A DNA stretch of 64,000 nucleotides from Octopus sinensis (Eukaryota). The notes beneath the pieces were generated by a model. The model searched no databases, was not told the DNA's origin, and saw only the letters and a list, made by a program, of their open reading frames with translations. The stretch spans positions 26,288,001-26,352,000 of the forward strand of contig NC_042997.1 in assembly GCF_006345805.1 (NCBI RefSeq), in the 5' to 3' direction. This document shows, in pieces, positions 48,202 through 60,855 of this stretch. The translations under genes were made by a program, and so were the position numbers. Positions within the stretch are counted from its first letter, which is position 1; each line of letters begins with the position of its first letter.

Positions 48202-48250
48202 CACACCCCTGATGATAACCCAATAAGGTTTGAAAATTGATTAGGGTTTG
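48202..48250 (+). ncRNA. Candidate minimal type I hammerhead ribozyme
   Basis: cacaccc-CTGATGA-t-aacc-caataa-ggtt-t-GAAA-at-tg-at-TA-gggtttg; full core, stem I 6/7 paired. Confidence 0.55.
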
Positions 48251-48844
48251 CTCAGAATGCATTGACTTTGTATTTTTGTATTCAACAAAGGAGTCTCTAT
48301 GCATTTGCTTGACCAATTAGAAACAGTAGTTAAATCTCCTTCAAGTTATACCTTAGAAGGAATAAGTCTATAGGTTAGTCAATGGGATGGTCAGGGCTGG
48401 AGTTTAGTTAATCAGGATAGACTAAGGACTAAATAAGTATTGTGTTGTGTTGTAGTACTAAAATCATGAACCTCTATGAGAATACATCTGAGATACAGCT
48501 ATAGGTAAGTAGCCTCATTGCCTTGTGAATGAGCTGTATAGCCCCAGGTCAGTTTGGATCAAGGTGACTTTATCATCAAATTGTGTTTCAGTTATGATCA
48601 TCTTATCTATTCAGTTTATCAGCAGTGTTCGATGTCATCGTCATTGCCATTTAATGTCCAACCTCCATGCTGGTATGGTTTGGGCAGATTGATATGAGTT
48701 GGAGAACTGAATCATTCTAGTGTCTGTTTTGGCTTGATTTCTACAGCCGGATGCCCTTCCTAATGTTAACCACATTATAGAGAGTTCTGGGTACTTTTTA
48801 CATGGCACTAGCACTAGTGAGAATCACCAACTTCCGTCATTTTC

Positions 48845-50078
48845 CAGGGAGAAAAACTAGAAGTAGTTGATAGCTTCCGTTACTTAGGTGACCAAGTCAG
48901 TAGCAGGGGCAGGTGTGCTGAAAGTGTAACTGCTAGAGTAAGAATAGCCTGGGCAAAGTTCAGGGAGCTCTTACCTCTACTGGTGACTAAAGGCCTCTCG
49001 CTCAGAGTAAAAGGCAGACTGTATGATGCATGTGTACGAACCGCCATGCTACATGGCAGTGAAACATGGGCTGTGACTGCTGAGGATATGCGTAAGCTCA
49101 TGAGGAATGAAGCCAGTATGCTCCGATGGATGTGTAATGTCAGTGTATATACTCGACAGAGTGTAAGTACCTAAGTTGGACCTAAGAAGCATCAGTTGTG
49201 GTGTGCAAGAGAGACGATTGCGATGGTATGGTCATGTGGCGAGAATGGATGAAGATAGGTGTGTGAAGAAGTGCCAATCCCTAGCAGTTGAGGGAACCCA
49301 TAGAAGAGGTAGACCCAGGAAAATCTGGGACGAGGTGGTGCAGCACGACCATCGAACTTTAGGCCTCACCGAGTAACCGAGACCTTTGGAAATATACTGT
49401 GCGCGAGAAGACCTGGCAGGACAAGTGAGTCCATCCCGTGTCCCTTGCCAGGGATGTAGCCAGCCCACTTATGCATGTCTTTCCTTCCTTGGACACACGA
49501 AGACCTGTTGAGGCAGGCGAAGTCGAAATCGAATTCGAAATTGAACCAATCCTATGACTGGTACCCGGCAGTTGCCAGGGCCGCTGGACTGACTCCTGTG
49601 CAGGTGGCAAGTAAAGAAACACCGTTTTCACCTGAGGAGATCCATTGAGTCGGACACCAACATCAAAAATCAATGGAAACTGCAGTTGTGATCCCTGTGC
49701 CGGTGGCACGTAAAAGGCACCATCCGAACGTGGCCAATGCCAGCGCCGCCTAGACTGGCTCCCGTGCTGGTGGTACGTAAAAAGCACTATCCGAACGTGG
49801 CCGATGCCAGCGCCGCCTTGACTGGCTTCCGTGCCGGTGGCACGTAAAAAGCACCAATCCGATCGTGGCCGTTGCCAGCCTCGCCTGGCACCTGTGCCGG
49901 TGGCACGTAAAAAGCACCCACTACACTCACGGAGTGGTTGACGTTAGGAAGGGCATCCAGCTGTAGAAACACTGCCAGATCAGACTGGAGCCTGGTGCAG
50001 CCTTCTGGCTTCCCAGATCCCCGGTCGAACCATCCAACCCATGCTAGCATGGAGAACGGACGTTAAATGATGATGATG
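48845..50078 (+). mobile_element. RTE LINE 3' portion: RT C-terminus, long 3' UTR with tandem units, (GAT)n tail
   Basis: [49 protein letters not shown]; links the short intronic repeats to this LINE. Confidence 0.9.
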
Positions 50079-50744
50079 AGGGGCCTAAAGGGCCACTATA
50101 ATGGCAAAGGAGTTGTCAATGGTTCTAGGTAGAGCTATGAAAGATGGTAAGAGAAAGGATGGCTGAAGTATAGCAAGAAACAAGGTAGAAAGAAATGATG
50201 TATGACAGGAGTTACAGACATCGGTAGTTGACTTGCATTCACTGCATTATATAACTGGGACAATTTTGTGATGGTGAAGTATATGCCCTCAGAGGAAAGA
50301 AAAGAAATTAACCTTCATTGGCATTAAAACAACAGGCTAAATACTGTAATTGATGTAGTTCACCTCTCTACCTTAGCTCTTTCATGTTTTTTTTCTTCTG
50401 ATAATAGTTCCAATGAAATGAGGAGTAGGGGCCGAAACCGGACGTGGTTCATCCTGATGATGTCTTGAGCTAACTGGATCCTACAAAGGAGCTGTTGTAG
50501 CAGACCACGAAACATGGTTGAAATTCCTGCTGCTTATATGTTTTAATTACTTGTGAAAAATAAACAATAGGCGTAGGAGTGGCTGTGTAGTAAGTAACTT
50601 GCTTACCAACCACATGGTTCCGGGTTCAGTCCCGGGCCGACCAAAGCCTTGTGAGTGGATTTGGTAGACGGAAACTGAAAGAAGCCAGTCGTATATATAT
50701 ATGTGTGTGTACATGTTTGTGTGTCTGTTTGTTTCATATGGACA

Positions 50745-50985
50745 TATGGCGTTGTGGTTAAGAGTGCAGGCTACTAACCCCAAGATTCCGAGTTCGATTC
50801 CATGCAGTGACTGATCAACAACAACAACACTAATAATAATAATATCGAAAAATACCTTAGGAATGAGAACCCAGGTTCGAAATTTCCCCAAGATACCTGA
50901 AGAAGGCTGAAGGGTATATCAGCCGAAACATTGTGTTATCAACAAACAAGATGAGGACAAATATCCGTTGAATGTAAATAATGCT
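50745..50985 (+). mobile_element. tRNA-headed SINE-like element with a hammerhead-like tail
   Basis: A box tggcgttgtgg, B box agttcgattcc, (aac)n/(aat)n linker, then atac-CTGAAGA-A-ggctga-loop-tcagcc-GAAACATT-gtgt. Confidence 0.6.
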
Positions 50986-53727
50986 AGACAGACTGTTTAT
51001 TAGATCGAAAAAGAAGGATGGTCATGGCTGAAAATTCATTTTGAAAATAGATCTGCTTCATCAAATCTGACCTTGGGCTAAGCAGATACATTTTCACCTA
51101 GTAGTTAGTCTATTTAAATGAAACTGGATCTGGAGTATTTCCACAGAAGTAGTTAATCTTAGCATCATAGAGGTGGTAAGGCCCTCACCTACTTCAGTGT
51201 TGCCACTACATACAAGAAATTTAGCAAAAGCCAACGACAGAACCTATACATGTTTACTCAGTCTAACAGAAATCATCATCATCATCGTGTAACGTCTGCT
51301 TTCCATGCTGGCTTGGATTTTACGGTTTGACTGAGGACTGGCAAGCCAGGAGGCTGCACAAGGCTCCAATCTGATCTGGTAGAGTTTCTACTGCTGGATG
51401 CCCTTCCTAACGCCAACCATTCGGAGAGAATAGTGGGTGCTTTTTATGTGCCACCAGCACGGGGGCCAGTCAGGTTGCACTGGCATCAGCCACGCTCGAA
51501 TAGTGCTTTTTACGTGCCAGCGGCACGGGAGCCGGTCAGGCAGCACGGGAGCCAGTCGAGCGGCACTTGCATCAACTAAGTTAAATTTTCCGCAGGTCAC
51601 ACCCTATTGTTTTTTGTTTCTTTTTTCAGGCTCATGGGCCCGGTTTCTATGGCGTATGTGTTTCCCAGCTGGACGGGACGCCAGTCCATCGCAGCGTTAC
51701 TCATTTTTGCCAGCTGAGTGGACTGGAGCAACGTGAAATGAAGTGTTTTGCTCAAGAACACGACGCGTCGCCCGGTTCAGGAATCGAAACCACAATCTTA
51801 CGATCATGGTGCTGACACCCTAACCACTAAGCCACGCGCCTCCACACCCTATGTTTTAAAAGAGAGAGATGCACTAAAATATTGTCCTAATTTCCCCTGA
51901 AATGCCAACATAGTCGCAACTAAAATGCTTTTGACCCTAAGTCTTCTTGCTTGACAAAGACTGACCTGGGGCTAAACAACTATAAATGTATACTGCAAGA
52001 AGATATAGGTTGCTGTCATCAGTTCTAATCTTATGGTTCTAAGGAAAGTAATGAGATACAACTCCTAAGGTTTTCTTCCCTGGGTCCTTTAATCATACCC
52101 AAAAATAACCGGCGATTAACCACCACCACCACCACCACACAAACTTAACTCAATATTCAATTCAGAATCTTAGTATTGCATATTTATTGTAACTTGTTTC
52201 TTTCATCCCCATCACCACCACCACCACCACCACCACCACCAAATTATTAATCTCTGTATCAGATTTGGCTGAATAACAACCAACTTTTCTTGCTTAACAG
52301 AAAACGAGTTCTATCCACAACTGGCCGCTTACTAAGAAAATTTGAGGGAGAAGACAAAATAAAATGATAATAATAACAACAACAATAATCATAATAATAA
52401 TAATTAAAAAATCTCTACGTGTCTATTATGGAGTCATGGATGACTGGTCAATTTATAAGTCAATGAACCATGATTATACTAGTCAGTTCTGTAAAATCAC
52501 TTTTTTTTATTTTGTATCTAGATTAAAATCGTGTACACCGGAATTCTAACAACAGGATATTGATTTGTGAATGAACAAAAGAAGAAAGGTTATGATAAAA
52601 GGAAAAAAAAACAGAAAGAAAGAAAGAAACAAGCAAAAATTAGAGCTTATTTGCATATTCACAAACTTCAAAACTATAATTCTTTTCCTGTTTCTTCGTG
52701 TGTTTTAATCAAAGTTTCAACATTATGATGCTAGAAATATTTTATCCTTACTTTGAACTCTTTACTGAATCCAGCTGAAGTCTTAGAAGCACTAAATGTG
52801 TTACCCTCCACACACGATGCTTTTGTAGCTGATGTAAATACAGTAAGCTCTCATATATGTGATCCAGTGAGTTGAAAATCCCAGTTAACGCCAGACCAGC
52901 TAGATCTAGCATTACTGAAAAAGTTCCCAATACACTCTGTAAAGTAGTTGACAGGAGAGGTCATGCCAAATCTAACACTGGAGCTCGACGCAGTCCTCTG
53001 GTGTGTCAGATTCTGTTGACCTGTCCGGTCCATTCCAGCATAGAAGACAGATGTTAAATGATGATGTAGAAGATAAAATTTCCCTGTAGGTGACTTTAAA
53101 ATCTAACAATAAAAAGCAAGGTTGAAAACTCGACAATTTATCATCATCATCGTTTAACGTCCGCTTTCCATGCTAGCATGGGTTGGACGATTTTGACTGA
53201 GGGCTGGCGAACAAGATGGCTGCACCAAATTTTTGAACTAGATAGAGAATGTAGGTGAAGGATCATGCAAACTCGACATGTTTCAGTCTACACATACCTC
53301 TTCGGGGAAGTATTTGACACAGTTGCTACGACTAAGAGGGTTATATAATTTCTTTTTTCTCTTCCCTGTCTCACTTGAACTTTCTCTGGTATTTGACGAA
53401 AGACCATATCCGAAACGTTATGGTCTTATTTCTACCTTGAGCTTCAACCTAATGATATCAACTTGGTCTTTTGTTGCCTTTTTTATTTGTATTTGCTTTA
53501 CTTTATACATATATTCTTTTCTACGCTAGGCACAAGGCCCGAAATTTTGGGGGAGGGGGCCAGTCGATTAGATCGACCCAGTACGCAACTGGTACTTAAT
53601 TTATCGATCCCGGAATTTTAACTCAGAACGTAAAGACAGATAAAATACCGCTAAGCATTTCGCCCTACGTGCTAACGTTTCTGCCAGCTCGCCGCCTTAC
53701 TTTATACATATATCACAGCATTGCAGT

Positions 53728-54022
53728 GTGGAGGTACATGACCTAATGGTTAGAGCAGCAGACTCGCGGTCGGAGGATCGCGGCTTCGAATCTCAGATCG
53801 GGCGATATGTGTGTTTTTGGAGCGAAACACATAAGCTCCACATGGCTCCGGCAGAAGGTACTGGCGAACTTCTGCTGACTTTTTCGCCACAACTTTCGCT
53901 CACTCTTTCCTCCTGCGTCTTGCAGCTCACCGGCGTCCCGTCCAGGTGGGGAAACTATACGCCAAGGAAACCGGGAAACCGGCCCTTATGAGCCAGGCGT
54001 GGTTCGAGAAGGAACAAACAAC
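53728..54022 (+). mobile_element. tRNA(Arg)-like SINE, second subfamily
   Basis: ggaggtacatgacctaatggttagagcagcagactcgcgg...gcttcgaatctc head, with a body different from 9251..9635. Confidence 0.7.
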
Positions 54023-54722
54023 AGCAGCATCGCATTATCGACTTGACCATCAGATGCTCTAATACACGGCTGGTCATGATGCACTCCCAACCAATTTTGT
54101 CTTGATTGCGTCATTCTTTTCCAACGTGACCCAAATTGCTTGAACATATCGTCTTCCCCATCGTCGTGGAAGCCTTCCAAGTGGTCTTTTCCGATCTCTT
54201 GGCAACTGCACGAGTCCATGTGTTGTTAATGAGCCTTGTGACACGTCCGGCACAGCAGAACTTGAGCTTTGAGCTATCGGTATTCTGCGAGCTGGCAGAA
54301 ACGTTAGCACGCCGGGCGAAATGCTTAGCGGTATTTCGTCTGCGTTACGTTGTGAGTTCAAATTCCGCCGAGGTCGACTTTGCCTTTCATCCTTTCGGGG
54401 TCGATAAATTAAGTACCAGTTACGCACTTGGGTCGATGTAATCGATTTAATACCTTTGTCTGTCCTTGTTTGTCCCCTCTATGTTTAGCCTTTTGCGGGC
54501 AATAAAGAAATAACTAATTTTCTCCATTGTTCAACCGATGTCTGTCACCCTTATCATTGCAATCCGAAGATGGAAAAAAAAAAAAACATCAAAAAAGTTA
54601 TGCGTTTGAAGTTTAATTATTTTTAATCCATATATAAGACAATCATATAAATATGCTTAATGTCATTTTTGTAGATTTTGTTGCAGGTAATACTGTGAAT
54701 CAATAATTTATTTTCAAGAATC

Positions 54723-55834
54723 TCAATCATTGTCATTCTCAATGAGTCCCATTTTACGGCCTAGATTTGAAAACTGGTACCGTATTTCTTCTTGCATTAG
54801 TTTCAAGCACATAACTGTCATTGCCATACCGAACAACAGATAAAGTGAACAAATAGCTTGTTTCTCCTCACTTGCCCACGAATTACCATTCGAACCCGGA
54901 ACAAAATCACCCAGCCCAATCGTACTAAGTGTAATGAAACAGAAATACGAACCAATAAAATAGTCCCATTCTTGTTCCCAAAATGAAAAAAGGGAAGCCC
55001 CGATACATATGTATGCCCCGAATACTAAAAGACTAACTGACACGGGCACTCGAATATGTTCGTGGCTTTCCGATGACTCAACTGCTGTTTCCTCTGTTAA
55101 CCCCGTTACTGGTTTCGCTTCATCGATTGGAGAAAGAGCATCTTTAGACTCCGGAGAAATATGCCCCATAGATCCAGTTTCACAGAGTTCCGTCTTTAAA
55201 CCGTCTTTGCATTGTATTGTTGGAGGTACTAATGCAATATCTTCAGTACATTTAAACAAAAATTGTCTTTCCAAAAGTTCCTCGTCTCCGAGAATTGAAC
55301 GCACGTAGCTGTTGCTGCGTCGAAGGAAATGTTTCTCAATCCTGTCTTGCTCACTTTGCTTATATGCCGAGGAGAAAGCACCATTACCAACTTCCTTAGA
55401 GAAGTCTTCGCAGACATCTTCACTACAGTCAGTATTGGTTGATTGCTTCTGCGTAGAATGATCTGAAATATCATTTCGACATGTTAGCGTTGGAATATCT
55501 AATGTTACTATTTTATGGTCGTTTTCGTTATAGCCGTCGTTACTATCAATTTCGGCAACTGCAGCAGCTGCAGCAGCTATCGTTACAGGTACTGCTTCGG
55601 CGGCTGCTACCGTTGAATGATAATTGAGTGATTCCACCGAGTCTACGTAGGTTCGTAGGCGGAGCCATTTGCGATAGATTGCGTAGAACAAATTCTTGTA
55701 GATAAACTTGAAAATACTAGCCAGAGATGAACCGATCATTGATAAGCACAGGAAGGTAAGAGGTATTCCAACTATGGCGTAGAGTATGGTTGCCACGCGA
55801 CCCCATTTGCTTTTCGGTGCCAATTGTCCATAAC
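54723..55834 (-). CDS. Two-pore-domain potassium channel (K2P/KCNK, TWK/TRESK-like long M2-M3 loop), terminal exon; 5' exons not found in window
   Basis: Acceptor ttttccag|GT TAT GGA (intron splits the first pore G|YG); APKSKWGRVATILYAIVGIPL (M2), WDYFIGSYFCFITLSTIGLGDFVPG (P2), M4, stop TGA at 54723. Confidence 0.95.
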
Positions 55835-56004
55835 CTGGAAAAGAGTTAGAAAGCGAAAGGGATAGAAAGAATGAAAAACAATCTTTTTAAGATATATTGT
55901 AAATAATAAAATATACAAGAAATACAAACAAAACTTTAAAAGGAACGATTCTGTTTTAAATGTTTTCTTGCTTTTTACGGCATTGTCAGAAGCGGACCTC
56001 AGAC

Positions 56005-56057
56005 AAATGATGATGATGATAGTAGTAGTAGTAGTAGTAATAATAATAATAATAATG

Positions 56058-56099
<42 letters not shown>

Positions 56100-56151
56100 T
56101 AATAATAATGATAATAATAGCAGCAGCAACAACAATAACAATAAAAATAGT

Positions 56152-56215
<64 letters not shown>
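56005..56215. repeat. Compound trinucleotide microsatellite (ATG/TAG/AAT/AAC)
   Basis: Directly visible; similar runs at 56768-56873, 57080-57158, 58845-59017, 59231-59313, 59606-59655. Confidence 0.95.
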
Positions 56216-56218
<3 letters not shown>

Positions 56219-56767
56219 GCCCTGATGCAGTACCAGGCAGTGGCTATCATGGCTTCTCATCTTAACTGATTGGAAGTGTTATCATGTACATTGTTTGGTA
56301 TGAAAGATGGGCTACAGCAAATATTCTGCTCAATACCACAGATTTGCTTGTCAGTTGTGTGACCTTAACCAGTTGAGCATGTCCCTTAGTGGCTGACGAT
56401 ATGTGCATCTCTGATCACGAGCAGAAGTAGTGGGGGAGCATCATAGCCGTGTGTTGAAAAAAAATTCTTAGAGGTTTGGATAATTCGTCTTTGGAAACAG
56501 GGGTGGTTCGTTCAACATCCTTAAACAATCCTTATTCAGGGACCTTTTGAGCGGGATGGGCTATTCGACCTGAAGAAAATTCTAACTGGGCCCCAGCTGC
56601 AAGGTCATGTCCTGTTTATCTTGATATGAGATCACCATGTCGCACACATATGGTTGTGATGCATGTGCCTGGTGTACCCTTATCAGACGGATAGTCATGA
56701 TAGGTATACTGGGATTCATATATTTTACCCCAGTGTCACTTTGATGGCATGCACTGCTCTCTCACTC
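56216..56767 (+). mobile_element. Probable retroelement 3'-UTR fragment embedded in (AAT)n
   Basis: Compositionally distinct block bounded on both sides by (AAT)n; no ORF; family not determined. Confidence 0.4.
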
Positions 56768-56822
56768 AATAATAATAATAATAATGATAATAATAATGAT
56801 AATGATAATGATAATAATAATG

Positions 56823-56877
<55 letters not shown>

Positions 56878-57099
56878 CAGAGCTCCGAAATCTATAAAAA
56901 CAGAGCTCCGAAATCTATCCACAAACATCGAAGCCAAGGACATCGTATGGAGCCAAAGATTTATTAACAAAGGATTGGACTGCATCCGAGTAAGTAATAC
57001 TCATTGAAATTTATTACTATTTTCGAAACGAAATGATGTATTTTAACTCGATATCATCTCCACCTCTAACGCAACACATTAATAATAATAATGATGATG

Positions 57100-57159
<60 letters not shown>

Positions 57160-57273
57160 GTTTGTTAGACTAAATGCGCAAGGCTTGAAATTGTGAGGAA
57201 GATGGACTAGATAATTACATCAACTTCGTTGCTCAGCTGGTGCTTATTTCATCGGATCCGAAAGAATAAAAGG

Positions 57274-58159
57274 TGAAGTTGTCTGTGTGTGTGTGTGTGG
57301 CAGGTTTGGTAGCCTTCAACTAACACTATCTCCTCAGAGACCCTCCAAGAGTATGATAGAAGGCTTGCTCTTGATTCCGTAGAAGAAAAAAATTCAAATC
57401 GGACCATGTTAAGACCAAAAATTATTTACATTAAAAAGGTGCTTTTTTTCTATGAAAATCCCTATGTTTTACGATTTTTTGACTGCTGTGTCGCCATTTT
57501 TCGGTGTATTTCAACCAGAAAAATGTTCACGTATAGAGAATAACAAGCTCCATAATACAAAATTTTTACTTTTCAAAAATTTTGATTCAAAAGGGTCGAA
57601 AAGAATTTGTGCGATCCGCACGCTGTTACTATCTTCGATGTTCAAGCCAAACCTTCAATGGGTATGTTTTGATTTTACAGATTTTTTTAGTTATACGTGA
57701 TGCAATATAGTCGATATTATTCATTTTACAGGTACAGCCACGATCCATGTTGCCCACCCGTTTGGCTTCAAATAGCATTTTTTTTATTTATTTTGTAACC
57801 ACAAACTATTTTTACTAACGTTTTGGATTTTCCTGTACTTTTTCTTAATGAATACTGTTGCAGTGTTAACTTCTTAATAGATTTTCAGTGCATTTCGAAA
57901 TTTGAGCTTCGTTTTGCTTTAAATCTACGGGTAATTTTTTCTCCATACTGTTAATAGAAGGAATATTAACCAACAATACCAGGAATTGAAGTCGGCATTA
58001 CACATTTGCAGCACATTCGGAGCAAACTCGAGCATCGCCACACTATATTTTTAATCATAGATTGAAACTATGTCAAAACGTTGTTACCGCGACATCAAAA
58101 TCAGCCATTTTAAGCGCAACTAAAATACAAACCCGAGCAACGCCGGGCTATACTACTTG
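57274..58159 (+). mobile_element. Non-autonomous Helitron-like element (long version)
   Basis: 57274..~57600 matches 19522..19911 reversed; ends aaacccgagcaacgccggg...cttg. Confidence 0.65.
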
Positions 58160-58851
58160 TAATAATGATAATAAACCTTTCTATTGCAGGCATAAGCTGT
58201 GAAATTTTGCAAGAGAAATCTTGTCATTTACATCGATTCCATTGCTCGACTGCTACTAATAGTCGACTTCGATGACATTTGAACTCAGAAAAACAAACCG
58301 GAAGAAATGCCGCTTAGCATTTTGTTCGGCATGCTAACAATTTTGATAGCTCTCCTTTACTCTTTTACTTGTTTCAGACACACAAACACATGCACACATA
58401 TACATATATATATATATATATATATACATATATACGACGGGCTTCTTTCAGTTTCCGTCTACTAAATCCACTCACAAGGCTTTGGTCGGCCTGAGGCTAT
58501 AGTAGAAGACACTTGCCCAAGGTACCACGCAGTGGTACTGAACCTGGACCCATGTGGTTCGTAAGCAAGCTACTTACCACACAGCCACTCCCACGCCTTC
58601 TTTAATAATTATTTAAAATTCTGGCGCAGAGCCAACAATCTTAGAGAGAGAGAGAGAGAGGCTGAGTCGATTACATCGACACCAGTACTTCACTGGTATT
58701 TTATTTCTATGGATTGCGAAAGAATGAAAGGCAAAGTTAACCTCGGTGGGATGTTATCTGAGAACGATAAGTGCCGAAAGAAATCTCGGTAAGCGGCGAA
58801 ATAAATGCTGGCGCCAATGATTTTCTCTGTTCGCCGCGTTCTTAATAATAA

Positions 58852-58886
<35 letters not shown>

Positions 58887-58966
58887 ATAATAATAATAAT
58901 AATAGTAATAATAATGATGATGAAGATCATTATGGTGATGATGATGATGATACGACGACGACGACG

Positions 58967-59017
<51 letters not shown>

Positions 59018-59251
59018 TCTTTCCTTCTATAGGCAAAAGGCCTGACATTTTTGGTGAAGGGATTAGTCGACCACATCAATCCCATTTCTTGCCTGGTAAT
59101 ATTTATCGACTCCCGAAAGGATGAACGGCAAAGTCGACCTCGGCAGAATTTGAACTCAGAACGTAGCGACGGGCGAAATACCGCTATGCATTTCGTCCAG
59201 CGTGCTAACGATTCTGCTAGCTCGCCGCCTTAATAATAAATATAATAATAA

Positions 59252-59312
<61 letters not shown>

Positions 59313-59317
59313 TACCA

Positions 59318-59606
59318 TTTGAAACTGGAAGAATTTGGAGCATGCGAACAGTAAAGGTAGTATCTATAATAATTGATGCTTTGGGAACAGTAAGTAAAGG
59401 TATAGCCAAATGACTGAATGAGATTGGAATAGAATTCCCGGTAGAGTTCCTACAGAAATTTTGTCTCTTAGGTACAGCAAGGATTACCAAGAAATTTCTA
59501 AGCATTTGAAAGGACTACTGAAAACTTGAGAATACCTGTTTCAGATAGTAGTTCGCTACCCACATAAATCCTATCAGGAATAAGACCGAACTTGAGCCAA
59601 ACCAAA
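59318..59606 (+). mobile_element. R4/Dong-like (REL-endonuclease) non-LTR retrotransposon 3' fragment
   Basis: Translates RIWSMRTVKVVSIIIDALGTVSKG...LQKFCLLGTARITKKFL*; flanked by (AAT)n. Confidence 0.7.
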
Positions 59607-59621
59607 ATAATAATGATGATG

Positions 59622-59657
<36 letters not shown>

Positions 59658-60559
59658 GAATAAATAAATAGATAGATAAATGAATAAATTCTTAAAAAAA
59701 TGGAATGGTAGTATTTTAATCATATCTTTGCTCGATCAAGTCCAAGTCTGCAGTAAGACAACAGTTACAAGAACAACGTAAATAAAAAGAAAACAAACTT
59801 ATTGAATGTTTATATTGATTGTTGATTACCACTAATGTATCGAAAGTACTGTGTTATAGGAAAAAAAAAAAGAACGGAAGAAGGAGATGAATCTGTTATT
59901 GATTAGCAGAGAAAGATAAGGTGCGTTCCAGATATTGCGTATAGTATAGGTGCAGTTAATTTTCGGTGCCAGTTGTTCAATATCTTTTTGGACATTTCGA
60001 AGATCTCCGACACCGGTGGTGGTGAAAGCGACATGGTCTTGAAGTCGTCAGACCGAAGAACTGGTTCAAACTCTTACAACATAGTAGATTTCTTTAAAGA
60101 AACCCATAACCCAAGTTGAAAATCGAGCGACGAATTCATTCAACTATATTTCCTCCGATGGCCTCCTTTATCCTATCTAATTACATTCGCAATATTTGGT
60201 CTGGTCTAAGGTTATAATAAAAGCAATTGCCTAAGGTAACACGCTGTACGATGGAGCTCGAAGCTACGTAGCTGCAAAGGGAACTTCTTGAATACATGGC
60301 CATGGTCATTGTTTCTATAAAGTTTTATATCATTAAAAGTGTTCTATAGAATTTGAAATTCAAGAGATGCTGTCGATTTTAGCGGAATACTAGGTTATTG
60401 AGAGAAAGCAATGAAAGAAATTCCCTTTATCGTCCAAGCTAATAAACACCCATAATATAGTCAGGTAAAAATGTAATTAGTAATTTTTTTAAAAATCCAA
60501 TTTATTAATATGCATTGGAAAGAAAGCATTAATTCAATGACGATTACATTAATATGATC

Positions 60560-60855
60560 TTAGTTAGTTAGTTAATTTGGCTCAAAAGCAAATAGCAAGG
60601 CCATGTAGGGGGACATGGAGTTAAGTACAGGGTGGTGTTCATGTAAAGAGTTCAGGCCACTTGAGGTCAAGGGAGACTTTGAACAAAGCGGTCGTCGGCA
60701 TCTTCACCATCTCGTCTGGCAGCTTGTTCCACGGATCCGCAACCCGGACGGAGAAAGCTCCTCTCCTTCGATTGAGATGAAATCGTCGCAGGTAGAGCTT
60801 TTCGGAATGACCCCGCAGCCGACGCTCTGGAGCAGGAGTGAAGAACAGCTCTTTC
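60560..60855 (-). mobile_element. CR1-type LINE 3' end, near-identical to ~1195..1489
   Basis: ORF 60615..60866 is nearly identical to the start of ORF 1250..1732; (TAAC)n tail. Confidence 0.9.

Noticed and set aside
49690-49920. Repeat-spacer-like pattern resembling a CRISPR array
   Set aside because: Eukaryotic context, linkers are homologous to each other, no cas genes; it is the tandem 3' UTR of an RTE LINE
50448-50522. CTGATGA...GAAACATG hammerhead-like motif (also weak ones at ~53275-53310 and ~53390-53422)
   Set aside because: Stem II irregular and cleavage triplet or core not satisfied; not supportable as ribozymes
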